Virus record (IMG/VR): IMGVR_UViG_2897113856_000001
Coordinates: 4,455-68,454 of that record
DNA from: a virus
Lineage: Duplodnaviria; Caudoviricetes
Direction: 5' to 3' (one strand)
Length of the DNA: 64,000 nucleotides
The notes beneath the pieces are model-generated. The model was not told the origin of the DNA, searched no databases, and was given only the letters and a program-made list of their open reading frames with translations. Below, in pieces: positions 57,456-64,000 of the stretch. The position numbers and the translations under genes are program-made. Every line of letters begins with the position of its first letter. Within the stretch, counting starts at the first letter, position 1.

Positions 57456-57719
57456 ATTCCTTATCTTGGAACGAAGCCGTAAGAATTTTTTCTTAAGGAC
57501 TGCGAGCTCCGGAAGCTACGGGAACATACCGTGAGATTTATCGAAATGAGCTTAATACGGTGCAGAAACTTTTACAAAAGCAAAAATATATCTGATGATT
57601 TATTATCTATTTATAGGGCGAAAAGTAAATTATTGATACAAACTTCTTTGCAAAGATTGGTAACTTTCTGTAAAATGTTCTCATAGCGATAGAGGCAGTA
57701 AAGTGTGGGAGGTTTGACA

Positions 57720-58814
57720 ATGAAAGCAGCAGCCTCTGTGAACGTAGCCAATCTCATCAATCAGTGGTATGTTCACATAAAAAAGAGAGATGTTTCAAAT
57801 GCCGTAGAACTTAGGGACAGAATAAAAGGCCTTTTAAACGTAATGGAAGAAGATCAGGATGTTTTGCTTTACTTTAATCTACTTGATTACAGGTTCAGAG
57901 TATTAATGGAAGACGTCGCGGGGGAGCCGCAGCTTCCGCCTATTGCTGAAGATAAGGCGAAGACAGACGGTTTGTTACGATACTATTACTTTCTCTTTAA
58001 AGGAATGTATGAAAGTGCGAGGAGCAACTACTCTAAAGCGCTTAATTGTTTTAGAGTTGCCGAGCGGCAGCTCGATAATGTCGAAGATGAAATCGAAAAG
58101 GCCGAGTTTCATTATAAGCTTGGAAATCTCTATTATTTTACGAAAACAACTCTACTTTCTTTTCATCATCTTTCAATCGCGAAGAGCATTTATAGGGCTT
58201 ATGAAGAATATAAGACACAGTCGATAAACTGTACGGTGCTGCTCGCACTCAATTATATAGACGACGGACGTTTAACAAGAGCTGAAAATATGCTTAAGAG
58301 TTGCGCAGAAAGACTGATCAAGATGGGCGATAATCATCTGCTGGCGGCTGTCTACTATGATCTCGGCTTTTTAAAAATTCAAGAGGATAAACATGAAGAA
58401 GCACTCGAGTATTTCGACCTCTCATTTAAAACGGATGATATCGAAAAAAATGCGCCTATTATGTACATGCAGTGCATATACGAGTCAGCTAGGTCAACTT
58501 ATAAGATAGGTGAGGTTGATAAGGCGCTTAAGTGGGTTCATCTTGGTTTTGAGTTTGCTCAGAAAACGGATAATATCAACTTTTCGCTCAAATTCTCGAT
58601 TCTAAATATATGCTATAGCGCTCCCATCGAGGGTGTACCGCAAGTAAAAGAGTTTATCGAAATGCTCGAGGAGAGAGAGGCTTACGTAGACATTGAGGCG
58701 CTTGCTGAGGATGTGGCCAACGTCTACAGCTCATTAAATAATTACAAATATTCCACATAATTCTTGGAAAAAGCAATAAAATCAAGTAAACTAACAGGAA
58801 AGGAGGTTCTTTAA
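57720..58814 (+). pseudogene. rap: Rap phosphatase with premature TAA at 58758-58760
   Basis: MEEDQDVLLYFNLLDYR, IEKAEFHYK; frame continues 17 codons to TAA abutting phr. Confidence 0.85.
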
Positions 58815-58952
58815 ATGAAAAAACTTATTGTAACTGCTTTCCTTACTGCATCGCTTGGACTCGTTTTAACCAGCGCAGCAGACTTCCTCGCAGAAAGTAT
58901 CCAAACAGCAGACTCAGTAACATTACTTGCCTCAAGAGGAGCGGGCTCATAA
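58815..58952 (+). CDS. phr: Phr pre-pro-peptide, predicted mature SRGAG(S)
   Basis: AAAGGAGG SD; signal peptide; ends LLA-SRGAGS. Confidence 0.85.
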   Translation: MKKLIVTAFLTASLGLVLTSAADFLAESIQTADSVTLLASRGAGS

Positions 58953-59131
58953 AACAAAAATACAACAGTAAGAGGGCGGCTATTACAGCCGTCTTTTTTA
59001 TGATTTCAGTTTTCTTGGTAACTTGAATGCTATACTATAGTTATATCTAAAATGCGAAGTTAACGCTATGCTAGACCGTAATGGCTTATTATATCGAATA
59101 TACCGCGGGCTAGGGCTTTCCGATAGAATCG

Positions 59132-59188
59132 GCACGACTCAAATTCGTGTTCCTTCGAGAGTGTCGGTTGACCCCGACCACCGGAATC
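59132..59188 (+). repeat. Degenerate 3' copy of tRNA-Leu (old att site)
   Basis: Matches tRNA from anticodon stem to 3' end with 3 substitutions and 1 deletion. Confidence 0.85.
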
Positions 59189-59189
59189 C

Positions 59190-59485
59190 TTAGCTCTTTT
59201 TAAAGAATTGGATAGAAAACGTTATGATTTGAAATGGTTTTGCACATTCTTTACACATACACATCCTCAACTTCTTCAGGCTTTTCAACTTCCTCAACAG
59301 CCTATCTTCAAAAATGTTTACTGTCTCAGTTTCATCTCTTTCCCGAAGCTCTTTAATTAAGTGAGCATATGTATTTGACGTGGTTTCTATATCAGCATGT
59401 CCTAATTTCACTTACATAATAAATTGACACCTTTCTATAAAGCTGCACGCTTGTGAGTGTGCCTTAATCCATGAATTGTAGTCGG
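59190..59485 (-). pseudogene. Tyrosine integrase C-terminal remnant
   Basis: TIHGLRHTH..YRKVSIYYVSE..LGHADIETTSNTYAH across frameshifts. Confidence 0.8.
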
Positions 59486-59607
59486 TTGAAATACTCAATT
59501 TCGCTAGTACGCCATTCTATATTCGGGATTCAAACGGTGAAATTGGTATCGCGCGCCGGCAATGTACAAGTGAATATAAAATACAGCCTGTAAACAGGGA
59601 AATTCGC

Positions 59608-60050
59608 TTGTTGCTTGGCTACAAGCTAAGGCAGCTCATAAAAGAAGTAGTACATCTTTGTAAAGGGATCAGCACTGACGAGACTCAAAGAGTTAAGCCG
59701 AGTCGGGAATGCTGGCAGATAGCTGAGCATCCACTGGTTGATGTGGCTTTCATAGATCGATCGCGCTACATCACTTATGTTGAACGCGAGGGGTTTATAA
59801 CACATGCAAAATCTAATTGTATCGGCTGTCCTTTCCATGTTTTCAATACATGGCAAAATATGAATATAAAAGATCCAGTTTCATGGAATGACGCGGTGGA
59901 AATAGATTGACTCATCAGGCGGCTCCCGCACTTTAAAAATAATGCTTTTCTTCATAAGTCCGGGAAGACGGTGGAGGAAGTTGATTTCAACGAGAATTAG
60001 CTCAACATTGATCACTTTTTGAATGAATTTGAGGGGATGTTGGTGTTGAT
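59608..60050 (+). pseudogene. Phage PAPS-reductase-like gene remnant
   Basis: GISTDE..HPL..KSNCIGCPFH; in-frame stops after 59910. Confidence 0.55.
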
Positions 60051-60171
60051 CGAATACAGCTGACGTGAGTAAAAAGGCCTGCTGTTCCAACTATGGGTGC
60101 AGCAAGGGGCATTGAGGAGGATATCATATCTTGATAAAATTAGTAGGATAAAGAAAAAGAAGGTGTTAATA

Positions 60172-60910
60172 AGTGAATCTTTTGGAAATCTTTAATGAAT
60201 TATTGAGTTCTTTTGGAGTTCCGACCGTTGTTATTTTTTTATTTTATTTATAATAACAGCTTTTAGAGTATTCCAGCCGATACTTTGTTTTCTTCAGTTG
60301 TTTTTGAACAAAAGCTTTTTTCAAAGGAAAGAATGTTCATTGTCAGAGCATGTATGTATGTGGTTTATAGGTTTGCTTGGATGGTCATTTTTGTATCTTT
60401 AGGTGAGACATTAAAAAAAAGTTTAATTTGGATTATAACGAAAATTTGTCTGTACGGCTGAAATATTAATTGCAGTAAACGTCTTTGTTCTTTTAACTTT
60501 GAATCTAGTAAAAAAACCAGAGCATACTTTATTTAAAATAAAGTCTAATAGATACTTCAAATTTTTCATGACTTGTTCATATTTGATTTTTTTATTCATT
60601 TTTTATACTGAGATATATTTGTTGCTTTCTTTTTCTCAGTTTAATGATGTTAAATCTTTAACTGTTGGGATAGTAATGTATTTTATTGCTTGTGCTCAGT
60701 GCCTATCTTTTCAACAATTGTATTAAATACGGTTGACTAGTCAACTAAGAAAAATGTATTCATAGAGGATGAAAATAATCAAGTTTGGTATATATTGCAT
60801 CCAATCAATAAGGAAGTCATTTTATTGGGAAACGAATCTGAGCCTACGCTGTGTAATGAAATTAGAGGAACTATATAAAGTACCCATTAAGATTGAGAAA
60901 ATTAATAATT
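60172..60910 (+). pseudogene. Fragmented membrane protein gene
   Basis: AT-rich hydrophobic frames broken by stops and frameshifts. Confidence 0.35.
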
Positions 60911-61149
60911 AAGTCCAAGATGGAATGCCTGCGGACACTGAACTTACAGCTTTTACGCTGTTTGTTTGGTGTCCGTTTTTTATTTGTCATGCATGTGGTT
61001 TTAGTGAAAGGAGAAGAAGACATGAAACCCAATAAAAGAAAACCACCTTGAAAAAACGCAGGAGCACTCTGAGCGCTTTTGGCGAGAGATTACGGACAAA
61101 AACAAGCAAATTCTTAAAAGAGGCAAAGGCGGCGCTTAATTACAGAGTG

Positions 61150-61510
61150 GTTCTTCTGCAAGTACCAGATGATCTTCTGCCGAAAGTCACGGCGGGCTTT
61201 AACCATTTCCTCGCGCTGCAAGCTCGTGATTCCTAAAAAGGATGACGACAAGCCGAAATCAAAAGAGGAAGAGCGGTTCGGGGGCCGGATGTAATGCAAG
61301 AGGTCACCTCTGAAATTCTGATTGAGCGTTATGGGCTTAGCGAAAAAATACTTTCCGGTGAGATAAAGGCTTGTCAAAAGCATAAATGGGCTGTGCAGCG
61401 ATTTTTTAAAGATGTCGAGGTGTTAGCGGACCCGGATTGCCCCTATTATTTTGATGCTGAAGCGGTGCTGGATTTTTACGAATGGGCGCGGCAGGTTCAG
61501 ACATGTTGAG
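61150..61510 (+). pseudogene. TerS C-terminal and TerL N-terminal remnants
   Basis: LTISSRCKLVIPKK..EERFGG then SGEIKACQKHKWAVQRF..YYFD..FRHVEG. Confidence 0.65.
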
Positions 61511-61679
61511 GGGATGCATCGGGTATTTATTGCCGGATGCTCACGGGAGCAGACAGACGAATTTTACCAGGCAATTTTTGAACAGGTATTGCGAAATATC
61601 TCGGCCTTTGTGGTGGATCAAGCAACCGGCAACATCGGCCCCGAAAAAGAAAGCACGAAAAAGCAGGAGCAAAAAAGTA

Positions 61680-61853
61680 CCCATTCCGCCCGGAATTTAC
61701 AAAAGCCTAATTATGAAGGGAACGGCCGTCCGACAGATTCAGGAGGCTTTAGCTGCCCTCTATTTCTATCCGGACAAAGGCGCTAAAAATAACGGCATTG
61801 ATGTCTATTACGGAACGAAGACAAAGGCGCAGCTCGAGTCGCTATTGGTTTAA
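61680..61853 (+). pseudogene. Endolysin PG-binding domain remnant
   Basis: MKGTAVRQIQEALAALYFYPDKGAKNNGID. Confidence 0.7.
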
Positions 61854-61911
61854 TACAAAAAGGCCCTCTTTCAAGAGGGCCTAGATTTTATAAATTCCAA
61901 CGTGTCAATTG

Positions 61912-62250
61912 TTATTCATCACTGTCTAATTCCCATATTGTGTTACCGTCTACTAAGATCTTATTCGGTGTATCTTCATAAAGAGAAATTTCAACTAGGG
62001 AGTTTTTCTCTTCCAATAGCCAATTATATAGACTATCTTCTTCATTATTAACGGGAGGAGATAAAACCTTATTTACTTGAAAAGCCGTTGCGTAATATTC
62101 TTTATAATTGATATCATCATCCTCCAGACCGTTGTCTGTTTCGAAAAATGTATCAGTTTTACCAATTACTCTTAATCCATTTTCCCATTCTAATATAAGT
62201 TCTCTATCTTTGTATTTTAATAATGTTTTGAATAAAGAATCAGGTTCCAT
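61912..62250 (-). CDS. Candidate immunity protein of LXG toxin
   Basis: Small acidic ORF directly downstream of toxin. Confidence 0.7.
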   Translation of the reverse strand: MEPDSLFKTLLKYKDRELILEWENGLRVIGKTDTFFETDNGLEDDDINYKEYYATAFQVNKVLSPPVNNEEDSLYNWLLEEKNSLVEISLYEDTPNKILVDGNTIWELDSDE

Positions 62251-62275
62251 GTATATCCTCTTTTCCTATATTTAT

Positions 62276-64000
62276 TTAAGACGGTTGTGAAGGTACTATA
62301 TGAGCGCCGTTTTTTCCATAATGTATCATGCCTCTTGTAGTCTCTTCATATTTACGGGTCTCTGTATTATAGTATTTTCCTATTACTTGACCAAAATCCA
62401 CTCTTTCTTTGTTTCCTTTTTTTAACATATCTCCTGTGCCAGCATATTTATCAAGCAACTCTTGCGCTTTTTTATTATCCCCGTAGAAGATACTCTTGGT
62501 TCTGCCATTTGCAACTTCTTGTTTATAATTTGGTGTTCCTGGAATATGTTTTTCTTGAGCTCCTGGTTTAACTTTTGCAGGGAAACCATTTACTTCACGG
62601 TACGGACCTTTTGGTACGGATTGTTTGCCATAGGAAGGTGTTTTATCTACCTTCGCAACTTTCTTTCCCGCCTCTTCACCTTTAAATAACTTAAATCCTT
62701 TTTTCCCGTACTTTAGCAACCGACCAACAGGTGTTAAAGAAGTTCCGGACGCAGCACGCTCGACATTAGAGACTTTTTCACCTGTGTCCGGATCTCTGCC
62801 TGTTATGACCCGAACCGCATCATTACCGCCCGCTATTTCTTTTGCAACAAAATCCCCTATATCATTTACTGGTTCTAAAGGAGTTCCTTCAAAATCTCGC
62901 TTAAGATTCCCTTGGCTTCGACTTTTTGGAATACGTTTAACAGCTTCCATCTCTACTTTACCGTTTACAATGTACTCTCTTACGATTTGACCATTTTCAT
63001 ATACATGGTAACGCCCACCGATATATTTAATGTCTGCCGGATTTTGAACCACTTCATCGGCGACATCAACTGTTTTGACCCTTTTCCATCCTTTATGATT
63101 ATATAGTTTACCATCAATGACCCGAATATCTCCATAAACCTTCGGATATTTTTCTGCTTCGTTTTGCAACGCATTCAAATCAAAATCGTTCGCATAAACG
63201 TCTTGATTGATATTTTCTTTATTGTCTTCCCTAATCACCGTATCCACATTAGATCGTTTATTTTTGTTGAGCTTTTCAAGCATCATCTCCATCGGAGACG
63301 GTTCGACATTCTCCAGTTGGCCCTGAAGTCCGCCAGGTAGTCCGTTTATTGTAGAGTTATCATCCGACTTTAAAATCGCGCCTTTTTGATAACTGGTGAT
63401 TTCTATTTTGGGACCGGTATACATTTTTTCGAGCCTTGCGATGTATCTCTGCATCGTCTCAAGGTCGTTTTCAGCCGTCTTCAGGGCGTTGGTTTGCCCG
63501 CGGTCAAACGCATGGAGCTTTTCAAGAGTCGTGCTGATTTCCTTTAACGCTTTCTGATTTTGTTCATGAAAACCGCTGTCATTCAAATCCGGTAAATCGA
63601 CAATATGGCTGACTTTTGCGATCGTGGCGTTGGTTTTAGAAACCAAATGTTTCGTTGTGCGATCAGCGGCATTCAAGCCATTCTCCAACTCATGCCCGAG
63701 AAAGGACTGTGAAATAAATCCGTTATGGTTTGGTTCCAGGGAATTCAGCGCGCTTTTCATTTTCTTCAGCGCGGAACTGTATTCCTCTATAAAAGTATCA
63801 TAGAACTGTAGAAAAGGGGTGTGGCATTCCTCGTAAAAGGCGCGGATCGCGTCGCCGCCTTTTCCCTTTAAAGCATCATCAAGTGATGTGATGCCCTCAA
63901 CAGCCTTTTTGACTTTGGCGATTTCGTCTGATTGTTGTTTTAATTGTTCCAGCGTTTGATCTATTGCATTGTGCAGCGCCTGAACATCAAGAGTCTTCAT
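62276..64000 (-). CDS. LXG T7SS toxin with PT-TG and Ntox50-like RNase C-terminus
   Basis: MKTLDVQ..LKGKGGDAIRAFY; ITGRDPDTGEK; QEKHIPG..GMIHYGKNGAHIVP. Confidence 0.88.
   Translation of the reverse strand: MKTLDVQALHNAIDQTLEQLKQQSDEIAKVKKAVEGITSLDDALKGKGGDAIRAFYEECHTPFLQFYDTFIEEYSSALKKMKSALNSLEPNHNGFISQSFLGHELENGLNAADRTTKHLVSKTNATIAKVSHIVDLPDLNDSGFHEQNQKALKEISTTLEKLHAFDRGQTNALKTAENDLETMQRYIARLEKMYTGPKIEITSYQKGAILKSDDNSTINGLPGGLQGQLENVEPSPMEMMLEKLNKNKRSNVDTVIREDNKENINQDVYANDFDLNALQNEAEKYPKVYGDIRVIDGKLYNHKGWKRVKTVDVADEVVQNPADIKYIGGRYHVYENGQIVREYIVNGKVEMEAVKRIPKSRSQGNLKRDFEGTPLEPVNDIGDFVAKEIAGGNDAVRVITGRDPDTGEKVSNVERAASGTSLTPVGRLLKYGKKGFKLFKGEEAGKKVAKVDKTPSYGKQSVPKGPYREVNGFPAKVKPGAQEKHIPGTPNYKQEVANGRTKSIFYGDNKKAQELLDKYAGTGDMLKKGNKERVDFGQVIGKYYNTETRKYEETTRGMIHYGKNGAHIVPSQPS

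Larger units (their letters stand above)
59190..64000. mobile_element. Collapsed prophage remnant
   Basis: Fragments of integrase, PAPS-reductase-like gene, TerS, TerL and endolysin in phage order within ~2.7 kb, then LXG pair. Confidence 0.75.

Noticed and set aside
57167-57534. ORFs overlapping the tRNA
   Set aside because: Shadow frames of the tRNA and its promoter; no SD or motifs
441-63174. Numerous short antisense or alternate-frame ORFs inside long genes
   Set aside because: Shadow ORFs of well-supported CDSs, lacking SDs and motifs

Overview
Bacillus (subtilis/licheniformis-group-like) DNA. Bases 1 to ~57390 are the right-hand ~57 kb of a temperate siphovirus prophage; its left end and main integrase lie outside the window. 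The order is replication (DnaC-like loader, DnaB-like helicase, primase, SSB, PolA, nucleases), nucleotide metabolism (nrdIEF, dut, thyX, dNMP kinase), an accessory zone, packaging/head/tail, lysis, and right-end morons. It ends at a complete tRNA-Leu(CAA) preceded by a strong sigA promoter. Several features are missing from the ORF track. (1) An arbitrium-like aimR-aimP pair (predicted peptide DPVPGG) sits inside the replication module, followed by a candidate AimR operator and a sigma-like gene. (2) A YonT/YoyJ/SR6-like type I toxin-antitoxin locus. (3) Two paralogous XRE switches with near-identical operators. (4) A small tyrosine recombinase with two matching inverted-repeat sites. (5) Repeated ~75-80 bp intergenic hairpins. 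(6) A -1 frameshift site in the tail chaperone. (7) An apparent 1-bp frameshift removing the TerL C-terminal acidic motif. Cargo includes a reverse-architecture T7SS-type lipase toxin module and a TagE-like glycosyltransferase. After the tRNA come a rap(nonsense)-phr islet, a degenerate second tRNA-Leu 3' copy, and a collapsed prophage remnant in which only an LXG toxin-immunity pair is intact. All calls are by eye from motifs and gene order; no database searches were run.
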